Of a stretch of 37,674 nt of DNA, positions 11,141-23,129 are shown one piece after another. A program made the translations under genes and the position numbers. A model generated the notes under the pieces. That model saw only the letters and a list, made by a program, of their open reading frames with translations, searched no databases and had not been told where the DNA came from. The stretch comes from Dicyema japonicum (taxonomy: Eukaryota > Animalia > Dicyemida): the NCBI GenBank assembly GCA_011109175.1, contig RDEW01000144.1:1-37674 (forward strand). The letters are read 5' to 3'. The stretch's first letter is position 1. The number at the start of each line of letters is the position of its first letter.

Positions 11141-11371
11141 TTTATTACATAGAACAAGGGTAACTAAACTAATTATCTCCTTGATCTTGACTCGTTCCAG
11201 CATTCCAGAACTTGTCTCCAGGTAACGACATTGCCCCTTGGGAAAGAATAGTGTATCCTCTTGATGCCGGCCAGCCATTGGGCGTCTCTTCATTAAGGTG
11301 GATCCAATGACGCTATCGGAAGGAAAATAATTTAAGACAAACTAGCCACATAGCACTACATGGCGCCACGC
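11141..11371 (-). mobile_element. SINE-like family copy (head, core and LINE-like tail)
   Basis: Head GCGTGGCGCCATGTAGTGC and core GCGTCATTGGATCCACC...GACGCCCA...CCGGCA. The tail GATAATTAGTTTAGTTACC...TAATAAA is close to the LINE 3' end at 18425-18470. Confidence 0.65.
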
Positions 11372-11444
11372 AGAATATTTATTAATTTTTGGTCCATGGA
11401 TAGATGGAATATATAGAGAACTCATAAAAAATGCTTCCAAATTA

Positions 11445-11900
11445 TTGACAAAAAATTTCAATATTTTTAACAAAATGTTTGAAACGCATACCTTTAAGCT
11501 TTCTAATCCCAGTGGAGATAAGAAGCGCCCAAACGGGGTAACTGTCTTCACCTTCTTTCGGGAGAGATGCTTGATTTGGGATAGGGTTTGTACCAAAACC
11601 TTTTCCCAGTCGAGATTTGCTGGTTTCGCGTTGAAAGCTGCGGAGGCTGCTCAGACTTTCGTGAAATTCAAGATAAAAAAACGAGTTTCTCCACAAGGTA
11701 CCGTTTACATCCCGTTGTTGTAGAAGAGTGGAGTCTTTGGCACAAGACGATCTCTTTTCTAATATCCTTTTGTCACTAATATCGAAAGTGAGTATTGAGA
11801 GTCGGGAAACCGAATTGGTGTTCCAAATGATTTCTCTGATAGTTGTTAGAGGATACAACCATTCTATCCTCAGTTGGATTATTTTGATTGCCTTGTTACG
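11445..11900 (+). mobile_element. CRE-like RLE fragment, frameshifted
   Basis: DKKRPNGVTVFTFFRERCLIWDRVCTKTFSQS...HPVVVE...LVFQMISLIVVRGYNHSIL. Homologous to 9945..10334 and in the opposite orientation. Confidence 0.85.
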
Positions 11901-12439
11901 CAATAAATTGTTTTTATTATATAATAATACTCAGACCCGTAACTCTATGTCTCTATCACATGTTTTTATCTCCTCTAAGTAAATAACTTTTCTTTCTCGA
12001 TAGACTTAGAAGACTTCAAGATACTCTAACTTGGAAAATAATTGGATAAGTTGAACAAAATCAACTCCTTACATGAGAAGACTATGCCTTTTGCTATGTC
12101 GAACAGATCACACCCCCGTCACTCCACCAATATGAGGAATATGGGTCTGTAAGAGACTGGGGAAATCCTCGCCCACCCAGGCTTCAGGATCGGTCGTATA
12201 TCGGACAACTGTATATAACAAATTATAAATTATACAAAAAACAATAACTTTATTAATTTTAGAAACTTTCTGATGTGTTGTCATGTCTATCAGTGATTTT
12301 ATATCACTAGATACGAGAAAAGAGTCTTATTATCGAAAAGTTCCAAATTATCGCATGTTTCCGAATTATTTATTACCTGCTCTATAGGTTTAGGATTATC
12401 CATAATATTACATAGAGTTAAGTAGATTTAGAGCGATTT

Positions 12440-13000
12440 GGACTAATATACGGGGGAGACATGCTTGGGGTGTTCCTGGTGTCACCACTGCTCTAGACTT
12501 ATGTAGAGAGACCGACGATCATGTGGGACACCGGGAGCGACCACATACCCCGAGAGATGTTATTGAACCTGGCTCCAGACTCCACGGAATCTGTGTTTAC
12601 AGGTTACGACCTAACAAGAGTAAACTGGGAACACTACAGAAGGTACATATCAAGAAATCTCAAAGACTGGAAAGATAAAGAATATTCCCGAAGTGAAATT
12701 GACATCATAGACAATGAACTCTCCATCGTGAAGACATACTTACTTTTTTACGCAAGGAGGAGATCCTCAAGTACCAATCATGGTAAGAGGATTAGTCTTT
12801 CCCGTTCCACATTATCTATAATCAATAAAAAAATCGCCTGAGGACCAAACTCAGAAGGTGTGTTTACTGGATAGACCGAATTACATTGACCGGACAATTG
12901 AAGATAATTATAAAAGCCATTGAAGAGGGAACAAGACTGTCTCAAGAACAATGGTTGAGGGTAGAGGAAAGCAAACAAAACACCAAAGACCCCTCGTTCT
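12440..13000 (+). mobile_element. LINE APE endonuclease C-terminus and linker fragment
   Basis: TALDLC, GSDHIP (SDH motif), YDLTRVNWEHY, then LTGQLKIIIKAIEE...EQW. Confidence 0.7.
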
Positions 13001-13899
13001 GAAAATTATATATATTAATTTAATAAATCAAAAAAAATTTTTTTGATTTTTTTTCTAAGTCCACTAGTGTAACGCGCCTGTGACATAATGTCATTATAGG
13101 AAACTGTTAAAAAAAGTCTAGAATAATATCAATTCCTCCCAATTCAACAAACAACATGGCATTTACTCTGTTTGCATCTAACACGTACGTAAAACAAGGT
13201 CACCTAAAAGATACCACAAAATTATCCACGACATACTACAATACGGAGAAGCTACTACTTGTTTGTATTTTCTGACATGATTCACAATTGACTAAATTTA
13301 GGTTAACTTTACCTCGATTGTTCCGTAACATCCCAAATAAAACAAAACCCAATACTTTGACTCTTCATTATAGGATACATGACATCGTGATCCATGTGCG
13401 AGTGGATCTCTTTCATAAACGTTTGAGTAAAAAACGAAAAAGACAAAATCTAAATTTGTAAACAAAATACAAAATTCGATAACTCGCAAGGTTTTGTGAC
13501 CTCCATAATTGTGTATAATATTCTTCTTAACTGAAAAAAGTAAAACATTGACTACCTCGTGATCACAGCAATAAGCACTTCAAGCAACAAGAATAGCTTC
13601 ATTAATAAGACTAAGTCAACATGAACTCAAACCATCAATAAGATTCTGATATGGGCATTCCACTCATTCTGGTTTTTAAACAATACCTATGAATTATTTA
13701 CGCAAATACATAGAGTGTATCCTTAGGATTTTGTGATGTTTTCAACAAACGGCAGAGAAACTGAAATATGCCTTCAATTACCATTAAAAATCGTTTATTA
13801 AGAGATGATTGAATTTCAGAGTCACAGTTATAAATATAGAGTAAGGTAGAACAGAGTAGCCCATCCTTATGCTCAAAGTGAAAAAGGGCACTTACCAAA

Positions 13900-14560
13900 T
13901 TGCTCAACAGGAAATGTGACTCATTCTACAGTAATTATGAAGTGACATTATTTTTGAAAAATTGCGATGCAAAATTTGTTGGTCTTTGTTTTCAACAGTT
14001 CTCTAAATCTAGTGCGGTAAAATACAAAATTGGTAATTCATAATCAATTGAAAATCCGGACAAATCAAAAAATTCCAAATTCTGAGCTAATTTCAACAAT
14101 GTATGCAATCACAGCTTAATTTATGGACATTTTTGCTGTTTGTATAGGAAAAAGTATCTAAATCTAACAAAATGATAACTTTAGAGATCTGGGACTGTTT
14201 AGACTTGGAAAAATCCTCGAAACTGGTAATCAATACATTGTCGAAATTAATTCTCTCGAGTTCTTTAATCTGTCTGAAAAGCAACAGTAAATTTTAGCGC
14301 CGAATCCACTTTGAAATAGAAAATGAAGCAAAACTGAATCATCATATTCCAAAAGGGTGAAAGAATTGACATTATTTGGGGAATACTGCAGATAGGGCGA
14401 ATTCTCATAAGTTATTATTTTTGCCAATTAGATATTCGTTAAATTTGGTGGACGTTGCCACAAATTCCCCAAATCTTTAAGATCGATTTGTTTATTGGAA
14501 AAATCAAGGCGCAAAATGTTGTAACGTACTTGTGTGAGTTTGCTTATGTTGATTAATCAT
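13900..14560 (-). pseudogene. Possible leucine-rich-repeat gene remnant
   Basis: Three LRR-like segments in order on the minus strand but in different frames: ILRLDFSNKQIDLKDLGNLWQRPPNLTNI*LAK, IKELERINFDNVLITSFEDF and AQNLEFFDLSGFSIDYELPILYFTALDLENC. Confidence 0.4.
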
Positions 14561-14904
14561 GAAACATTTATAATATCTTATGTGAACAGTGTGCTTTCAA
14601 ATATTCTAATTCAAAATGTTTTCTTTTGCCGATCATCATCTCCCGATTCTGAGCTTAATCCACAACATTGATTAGTGTTTTTTTTCGAAATTCATTAATG
14701 CATACTGCATACAACAAAGGAATTTGTATTATGTTTAAAATTTACATATTTTATATTAATTTATTAACCCTGGATACACCGAGAAAGAAGTTTAAGTAAA
14801 CAACTAATTAAGTGTATCCAGTTTTCACATCTACAGAAACAGAGTACATCCGGAATCAGCATAAAAAGTAAGACGTTCATTACATGCATTTGTGGAAACT
14901 TATC

Positions 14905-15073
14905 CAGTGGAGTGGGGAAGAGCATATAATCTTTTTTTGTGCCGGTCTGGCACTGGGCGTCATCTAGACAGGTGGATCACATGACGCCACTCTAATGAGA
15001 AGAAAGAGGAGGAACAGACAAGCACGCAGAAAACTTTAACCAATTAACCACGCAGCACCTCATGGCGTCACGC
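14905..15073 (-). mobile_element. SINE-like family copy
   Basis: Head GCGTGACGCCATGAGGTGCTGCGTGGTTAATTGGTT and core GGCGTCATGTGATCCACC...GACGCCCAGTG...CCGGCACAAAAAAG, shared with 11141-11371. Confidence 0.65.
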
Positions 15074-15154
15074 GGCTAATCTATATTTATATTAAAAACA
15101 ATATTTAAAAAAAGTCCCAAATTAAAAAAAACTATTCGAATTATTTTACACTTA

Positions 15155-15863
15155 CAGGCTTTTTTATTTCAAAGTGAAAACTTATTCACATCAATGTGAT
15201 TATCATTGACATCAAAGTGAGAATTTCTTTAGTTAAGATACAATACTCGTATAAAAATAAACGATAATTTATTTATCGAATGAGAATGAAAAATTGATTA
15301 ATTTATTTATTTACCCATCATTTTCATGTAAAATGATTCGCAATCATTTTGTGAAATCGTCTTGACTGGTTCTTCTATTGCAGAGAAAAGCATTTTTTCG
15401 TTTGTTGGCTTTAGATTTTTCACTATTTTTTTCCACTTAGAAAACATATTCTCAATATTATTTAAAAAGGGGAATAAGGAGACAATAATTTCAGTTGGTT
15501 ATTGTTTTGATCAAAATTTCCCTATATCAAAGCACTTTTATGAAATGGAACATTATCGCAGATCACCACAATATTTTGTAAGTTTTTTCATTTACCAAAT
15601 ATTGGAAAAGATCATTTATATATCCCATGAAACTTTCCGTACTATATGGCTTCATTGAAATTTTGTAAAATATGATCCCCGACTTTGACATTGCACAGCC
15701 TATTTTCATCAGACAAATTTCGGGACATTAACAATTACGAAGATTAAATATTTAAAGTTACAAAGAATAAAATTTATTTAATGTCATTTTAAATATTTCT
15801 CACTTTGATGTGAATGATTCTCACATTGATGTGAATAAGTTCTCACTTTGAAGTGAGAACCCT
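15155..15863 (-). mobile_element. Internally deleted Tc1/IS630-like DD34E transposon
   Basis: TA flanks at 15153-54 and 15864-65. TIRs of about 68 bp (15155-15223 versus 15797-15863). The minus strand 15665..15307 encodes VICDNVPFHKS...LLSPYSPF[fs]LNNIENMFSKWKKIVK...DCESFY, with 34 residues between D and E. Confidence 0.9.
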
Positions 15864-16067
15864 ATAGTTTTTTTGTATAAATTTTTTTCATTTTTACCAC
15901 ATACAAAACTGATAATCTTGTGACCGCCTCTGAAACACACGTCTTTTTCCTCTCATTTCGAAGGCATCTTAGGAAGCTGCTCAAGAAAGCTAATTAAACT
16001 ATTTTTTGGTGACATTAAGATCCTTTTCCTGTACAAACAATGTTTGACGTTTAAGGTAATTTTTATG

Positions 16068-16346
16068 ATTATTATTATTATTATTGAAAGGAACCCCCTT
16101 GAATATGAAAAGGCATTAATGGCCAACTCAAAGCGCGCTCGCTGCGGCTTTGGATAGCTTGACACACCCGAGGTGGAAGAAATTTCCACAACCAGAGCAG
16201 GAGATCCCACGCTTCTGAGTTCTGACTAGCCGACAGGGTGAACATTTCTCGGATGACTTGGTCGGTACGATTTTCCTACGGAACAGGAAACTTGAAAGAC
16301 AGATTCTCTGGGGATCTAGGGGATGATAGTTTTTGATTATCAACAT
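16068..16346 (-). pseudogene. Truncated PHD-finger coding fragment next to an (ATT)6 microsatellite, probably of retroelement origin
   Basis: CSPC-x10-CSGC-x4-H-x2-C gives the first six ligands of C4HC3 in ORF 16128..16346. The last CxxC is lost. (ATT)n lies at 16068-16085. Confidence 0.55.
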
Positions 16347-17799
16347 AAAATTTTATTGAAATTAAAAAAATAATTGAAATTTTTGATGGAACTGGAATTT
16401 TAAGCGAAAAGCTTTGAAGTGATCTAACAAAATGAACTAGGTACATAGTTATGGGGAAGTCAATATTGGATGTAAATTAATAAAGATAGTAGAAGCACTT
16501 TATTTCACAATATAAATTGAAAAACTGTATTTCTTCAGGCGACGAATAGTGATGTTTCCATTGTTTAAACCTTATTTTAGAACTCACTTTATTTCCAAGA
16601 GATGCCATAGTGAAAATTATTGTCGTCTCCTGGTAAACAGTTCATTTTTGAACCAGTCGCAAACGTCAGGAATCATAAGAAGCATGCCACTGGTCCTACT
16701 AAACAGAATCGGATCGCTCATCATGAATAAAAATGATAGGAGAGAAAGGAGTAGGCTCATTTAGCGTATTTCCTTGCAAATCATCAGGGGAAATGCGCTC
16801 ACAATTATGATAGAAGCCAGTAGTTGTTAGTTTTGCATTAAATTTTTTTTTATTCGACAAAAAATTATTGTCCTATACGATAAGAACCCTGGCGAATGTT
16901 CATGTGATGATTGATAAATTTCTATTCATTGATGAAACCAGATGTACGACAAAGTATTACAGAACCAAAAGAATTGAATATTCACACTGAAAAAACGGCC
17001 CTTTTTCTTTTTGTGGACTTAACTTTGATTTGACTTTTAGAAATTTGGGGGTTGTGATAAACTGACCATTAGGCCAATTAACATTTGTATGTAACTATAA
17101 ACATCAAATATTGATTATGGCTATGTAATATAAATAGAATTTATGAGACTGTTAAATATGACAGACATGATGCACACTACTTTTATTTCTTACGTCTAAC
17201 CTTGTGCTTTGACTCTAGAAAACATTCTCGTTACTTTTTAATACTCTTCTTGTAGTCGTATCCACTAGTCGAATATCTAAGTTAACTTTCAATAACTTGT
17301 ACAGGATGATTCTCAAAGCTCTTCTTTTTATTCAAAACCCTGTCCAGCCTCTTTTGATAATAAACTTAATTGCTACGTTGTTGACCTTCATGACCGAGAT
17401 GATGCGATTCATTTTATAAGAAAAAAACAAGCCCACACATTTATACGTAAAGGACCATTTAAACTATCTCATCTCAATAATTGCCTTCTTTTCTTAATCC
17501 CAGGACTCCTCTTTCTTGTATATGATGGCTGACTTTTGACTTAATACTTCATCCCAGGACTCCTCATGTCTTTTCCACGGAAATAAGTCTATATATGGGA
17601 CTTTCCTTTCGAAAAGTCAACAAGTAACATCAGAAATAAATTCTTTCGTTTCTGCAGAGAATAAAAAACTTTATTTACAAACAAAAAACTGTCTCCATGC
17701 CATAATAAAACGTCGCCAGGTAAATTTTCTTTTTACCTATTAATAATTATATTTTTTTATTTTTTTTTTATTAACTATATTTTATTTAAAGGAAAAAGG

Positions 17800-17900
17800 A
17801 AAAAGAATAGTTAATTTTAATTCAGCTGTTGGGAGATGCACAAGCTATTCCCACGGACAACAGCCAACGAGAGCCTCTCCTTGAGCCATCTTGTCTCACG
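17800..17900 (-). mobile_element. CRE-like element, extreme 3' end
   Basis: RETRWLKERLSLAVVRGNSLCISQQLN* followed by an A/T-rich tail. Confidence 0.75.
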
Positions 17901-18049
17901 AAGATCACCAGTTTTAATTATATTTTAAATTTTAAATATTTGATAAAACAAAAAAATATAAAAATGGACAATTAAACTGACAGGTTGAGGTCGTGGCGTA
18001 CCAATCTTGCGCTTTATGTCTTCAAAGCATTCGGAACGATTATCTTCTC

Positions 18050-18480
18050 AATGTTCTGGGAATTGCGCAAAAATACAAAAGAGTAACACTACTTGATGAC
18101 ATTAAAGCATAAGGTCTAACATTGTGCTGCCTACAAGAGACTATCCCCTGACTCAAGACACTATGGACTGGGTCTTGCAGTCCAAAGGATCGTTATTCTT
18201 AACTCCACGACCACTTACTGGTTGAATGAAAACATACCCTCCTCAAGAATCTAGAGCACTCATCACAATAATATATGTTTATGCTCCACACAGCGAAAGA
18301 ATCTCACATGACATTGAAGAACTTGGTTTGTCCCGAAAATTCAGGCAGCCGTCTTGTATGTTTATGCACGGGCACGAAGGAAGAACACAGAGCAAAGATG
18401 AGGTCTCTGTTAGAATGGATGGGGATCACGTGATAATTAGTTTGGTTTTACCGTAGTCTTGGGTTAAATAAATTAAAAAA
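18050..18480 (+). mobile_element. Jockey/I-group LINE 3' fragment
   Basis: Ends EEHRAKMRSLLEWMGIT* with a short 3' UTR and TAAATAAA tail. Homologous to the end at 179-300. Confidence 0.65.
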
Positions 18481-18529
18481 AGTAATATTTATATTAACAG
18501 CTGTTATTTAATTTAAGTAATTTTCAGAC

Positions 18530-18835
18530 ATCTGGAGCAGCTGCTTCAACCGCGAGAACCTAAAAATCAAAAAATATTCTTGCCTCGAGGACCGCTACCG
18601 ATTTACTCCTGTTGCGACCAAATCATCGGGAGCCGTTGGTCTAATGACGGCTATGTTCTTGCGAGAACTCGGAGGAATGCTTGCCAGAAAGAAAAACGAT
18701 CAACGAGAAGGGTTATGACTGAGACAAAAGATTAGAATGGACATACTCCGATGAAACTCGTTCGCAATCCACGCAGCCGGCTTCCTCAACTAACATTTGT
18801 TTCTTTGTTAAAAATTTATTAAATCAAAAAATTAA
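18530..18835 (+). mobile_element. CRE-like RLE 3' fragment
   Basis: KIKKYSCLEDRYRFTPVATKSSGAVG...FLRELGGML...LRQKIRMDILR*NSFAI followed by an A-rich tail. Confidence 0.8.
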
Positions 18836-18854
18836 AAAAAAAACAAATTATTCA

Positions 18855-19015
18855 TTTTATTAAGTAATGATAAACTATTATTGTTGGTTCTCAATTCCAG
18901 GAGGTATACCATCCAGGCATACGAGGAGTCTGGATTGGGAAGAGAAAATGGTTCTTTTTGGTGTTATTCGACACTGAGCGCCACCATAAAAGGTGAATCA
19001 CATGACGCCACGCTA
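18855..19015 (-). mobile_element. SINE-like family copy
   Basis: TAGCGTGGCGTCATGTGATTCACC core, CCTGGA...CTGGAAT and an AATAATAGTTTATC...TAATAAA tail. Confidence 0.6.
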
Positions 19016-19164
19016 ACATTTTGATCATATTATTCAATGCTTCTTACATATACTGACGCAGGATCAAATACGTGGATATGGCAAAATCAGAGCTTTAGTC
19101 ACATATTCACGACTTGTGAGCCTGGTTAAATTTGAATCGTCTCTCTATATCGAGGATAAATCAA

Positions 19165-19815
19165 CGTATACTATCTTCGCCACAGACAGAAAAAAATATA
19201 CACTGGATTTGACCATATATGGAGACTCTTTACCTTTATAGATTCATACAACTATTCTGAGTGACTTTCGACCCTTTGATGACATTTTTTCAACATTCAA
19301 AGAACGTTGTGAAAAGGTTCTCAGAAAACTGAATATAATGAAATCGTTCTTAAAGTCCAGGCCGTCATGGGAATGCGCTGTCATCTTGTACAACAACTTT
19401 TAAAACCGATGGTTGAGTATGCTTGTGCTTCATAGACTTGTGGAGTTTCAATATCCAATTTGTACAAGATCAATTCCCTAACAGTCAAATTGGTACGTCT
19501 AACGAATCTACCTGCCGATTTTCCCCCAATGCTTGATCACGCCTCAAACGAAAACAACGGCTCGGTTTCATCGGTCTGTGTGGTCACAAAAAAGTCGTTT
19601 CTTCCATTCAAGAATAAAAACCTCAAATAAACGTAAATTGGAAAAAAAACCCACCCCTCTTCAAATCTTAAAGAAATGTTATCGTCGTCGATACAAGAAA
19701 GCCGTGGGTACTCTGGAGGAACATAAGAAAAACATCTCGATCCTTAGAACAACTTAATTAGGTGGTTTACTCCTTTTTCTGGTGTTCTCTTCTCAGGGTT
19801 ATTAAATAAATAAAT
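19165..19815 (+). mobile_element. Older, frameshifted copy of the LINE family at 23130-23801
   Basis: Colinear nucleotide similarity to 23130-23801 from ...ACAGAAAAAAATATACACTGGATTTG to ...GGGTTATTAAATAAATAAATAA. Ends EEHKKNISILRTT*. Confidence 0.85.
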
Positions 19816-20379
19816 AATTCCAGGACATTTATGATATTGTTCAAGATTCTCATAATAGACAATTTCAATGTCTGGTAGCGTCTCTCTAAAAATTCGTATG
19901 AAAATGCTCTCAACTAGACGTTTTTCCTTTTGTTCTCTCTTCTCTTTTTTGCTATGTGAAAACTCAATGATATAATCTTTTTGAAGTAAGGAAAACTAGC
20001 CCTCTTACCGTGTATATGTAAGGGTCTAAAATGACCCATTTGTAATGATATCCATAATAGTGACAATCAGTACTTCTGTCGTTAGAAAAATCTATTCATT
20101 TGTGCCTATGATAGATTAGCGGAGATATTATTCATTTACGAATAAAAATCTAAAAAAATATTCCTACATCTAAATATGCGTCAAGGAACTTTCCACCTTA
20201 TGTAGGTAGTTCAAAACTGATGAACACACATTCTGTTGCCATTAACTCAAAAAAATTATCACTTTGTTTGAATATTAATCATGACAATTCAATATGCTAA
20301 AGTAATTTTATTATGTAAATTCGCAACAAGAAAGTTAATCAATTGACGTCGCTTGTTCCGCACCTGGATGATCTTTGAA

Positions 20380-20950
20380 GTCAGACGCTAAAAACGACGT
20401 GGCCAGTACATAAGACCAATACATGTATGCCAGATTTATGCAATTTGGATACAAATTGTTTTACCAGAATATTATTCGACTATATTAAGGCATACAGCCA
20501 GTGGCAATCATTTAGGAACACGAAGAATGTGTCAGGGGATCATTAGGAACACGAAGAATCATTTAGGAACTTCTGTAAACCAGTGCATTAACCAACAGAA
20601 CAGGAATAATTTGGCCGCCATGTGAATAGATGTTAAGATGGCTTCCGATTCAGTGGATACAATTTGATAACTCTTGAGTCCTTTAATGAATTGTAGATTT
20701 CGTGGAAATTGATCACAAAATGGAAAATTAAGTTGAAGTTTAACCACAAAGAAATTGGAGAAATCAACACAAAGAGAGGGACACTGGAGGGTGACATTTC
20801 GACATCGCATATCTTTGTGTTGTAATGGACCTTCTGAGGAGGAAGATAAATGGAATACACCAAAGTAATTATTCCAACCACGACCAATGATCCCATAGTT
20901 ATCCAGCAAACCATTTTCTGTTTATGGATGACCTAATAAATATTCTCTAA
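20380..20950 (+). mobile_element. R4/Dong-like (RLE group) RT fragment
   Basis: RPI/TCMP, IDVKMASDSV (cf. IDYKKAYDSV), WKIKLKF...GEINTKRGTLEGDIS (cf. RGIFQGDSLSP) and HFLFMDDL. Contains a short triplication of ATCATTTAGGAAC(ACGAAGAAT) at about 20508-20572. Confidence 0.6.
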
Positions 20951-21649
20951 AAAAAACATTCAGCTCAATTCTGATTAGTTTTTTCTGTATAGTAGCATTC
21001 GGAGAGATAATACTGCAAAAAGTCGTTGTCTTAATTTGTCTCTCATAAATTAGTCATCAATTTTATTATCTCCACGTGCATATCCACCCCATTTTCGTTT
21101 TATTTTTGTTTTTATCGCTGTTTTGGTATATAAGTATTCAGTTTTGGCATACATATTCCAAAACGGGAGATATGCTAATTTATCTACGATATTCAAATTT
21201 CATTTATTTATAGATTCCATTTTAGGAAGTGAAAAATTCATAGTGAGGGGCGGTTAAAATAATATGGACCCTACTTCGAAGTGCCTGAACTCTTCAATAG
21301 GGTCCATCTCCAACGGGTCATTCCAAGTATGCTTTTTCAAGGGTAGTTATTTTCTTCTTCACATTCGCCTTCAGTAGTCAGTAATTTCTCCTGGTCCACG
21401 TTTAACTTGGAGTCAGACAACATCCTTCTTCTTTTTCAGCATAAAAATAATTTTCTATTTGATGCTTCCTAGTCCTAGATATATTCCATTCAAATTAAAA
21501 AAAACGGAAAAATGGAATAGATCAGTAATAAAGGATTAGGTATCTCTGCATAGTTTACTACCATTAGCTAGGTAGCGAATGGTCTTGCTATTTTTGTATA
21601 AAATATTAGATATAAAGTCAATACAACATAAATATTTTAATGAAAAAAG

Positions 21650-21780
21650 AAAAAAAGTAAAGTCTTCTAATTACGAGGCCAGTACAGCGAAGGTGTTTCC
21701 TTTGATCATCTCAATTTCGAGCCTCTACCTCAACTAGAGTCTTCTTCGGTCTTCACATTTTTCGAAGCCTTCGTTTGAAA
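21650..21780 (-). mobile_element. CRE-like element, extreme 3' end
   Basis: RRRL*LR*RLEIEMIKGNTFAVLAS* (cf. WLRQRISLAI.RGN..SIL) followed by a T-rich then A-rich UTR. Confidence 0.6.
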
Positions 21781-22429
21781 ATTTCTAAGAAAAAAATTCT
21801 ATTCTATTAATTGGCCAATTTTTAATTAAATATTATTTTAATAAAAAATTTCTAAGTGAATATACTAAGTTTTGTAAAATGTAAGCTGATACACTACGCT
21901 TTGTATTCAATCCCAAATGCCGCAAAATACGGAGCAACTTGAACAGTCTTCCTTCTATATATATCGAGGAAGTATTAGTTTGATAATTATTTCCAAAACG
22001 TTCTAAGCACTAATTCTGATCTCTGAAAAAAAACTATTTTAAAAATTACTGGTACTTATGAAATAATCGAAACCTCAGGGTTTATAATTTCTGTAAAAGC
22101 AAGAGTCTCTTTTTTGATGTTGCATGAGAATGAATTGAGCCAAATGAAAAATTTTAAACCTCTTTACTAGAAACATAATATTTTTGCCGTCAGCTACGCA
22201 CAGCGTAGGTTGAAAACAGAACTCGTAACTAGGGAGAAAAATAGTCTCCCAGTGGGATATTGAAATAGATTCTCTAGAATATCGGCCAAGCATTCAGCGT
22301 CCTATGAATAGACGTCACTAGAAACTTGGTGCAAAAAAATAAAGATATTGAATGTTAACTTATTTTCGTAGGTATATTTAAAGTTAAAAATTATCGTCGA
22401 GAAAAATCTGCCTTTAAAAATTAAAATAT

Positions 22430-22620
22430 CTTCAATTGATCATTTTATTTAACTTGAAGACACAACATTTTGCAAAGAAACAGGAACTCCAATGGAAACA
22501 AGATTGCTCATCCGGATCACTCTTTACGTAGAAAAAAATGTTGAACAAATTCGAATGCCATAAGGGGACTTTCGGAAATAGAATGGATCACCGGCAAATC
22601 ATTCGAAAAGAAATAGGAAA
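22430..22620 (+). mobile_element. Possible Penelope-like RT trace
   Basis: EDTTFCKETGTPMETRL...LYVEK resembles F....Y.Q..G.PMGS..SP..A.LYME. Confidence 0.3.
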
Positions 22621-22678
22621 TTGTTCATTATCAAATCGTAAAAGTTACTCTAAAAATCCTACTATGACGTTTAATTAG

Positions 22679-22790
22679 AATGGCGTCTTGTGGTTCACTC
22701 ATTTTTGTGGAGCTCATCCCAAAAGGCACTAAAAACATTTTGATTATAAGAGCCAGACCTGCTCCTTCCTTTGTTCGCGTTCTTTTCAAC
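22679..22790 (+). mobile_element. SINE-like family copy, partial
   Basis: TGGCGTCTTGTGGTTCACTCATTTTTGTGGAGCTCA aligns with TGGCGTCATGTGATTCACCTTTTATGGTGGCGCTCA (minus strand of about 18975-19011). Confidence 0.5.
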
Positions 22791-23129
22791 GACGATCTTG
22801 AGTTTTAAATGAAACACTCATTTTTGGAAAACTTGAACATGTAGTCGATAAAGCAGCGGAAACAGAGTACATAATTAACTCATCACCCACCTATAAGTGA
22901 CAGCGAGCATGTTTTTGCGTTATGCATGCGTAGATAATTCTATTTTAAACTGTGGCTAACTACATTGTGAAGTCAGTCATTTCAAGAATTGTAACATGTG
23001 AATTAACGAGAGAATCAATTTTTCCAAATATATTTATTATTTTTTTAATTTTATAATTTATTTTCAATTTTTCCAAATATTTGGTTCTATTGGTTTTGTT
23101 GTTATATCTTCAATTATCATGGGATCACG

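Noticed and set aside
14154-14184. 31-nt GTATCT...CTAAC...TTTAG intron-like segment on the plus strand
   Set aside because: The spliced frames stay short and give no recognisable protein, and the opposite strand has better (LRR-like) coding signal.
18895-18925. TGGATGGTATACCTCCTGGAATT on the minus strand resembles the 5S rRNA internal promoter region
   Set aside because: The flanks do not match 5S, the segment is near the 3' end rather than the head of the element, and the homologous part of sister copies (CCTGGAGACAAGTTCTGGAAT) lacks the resemblance.
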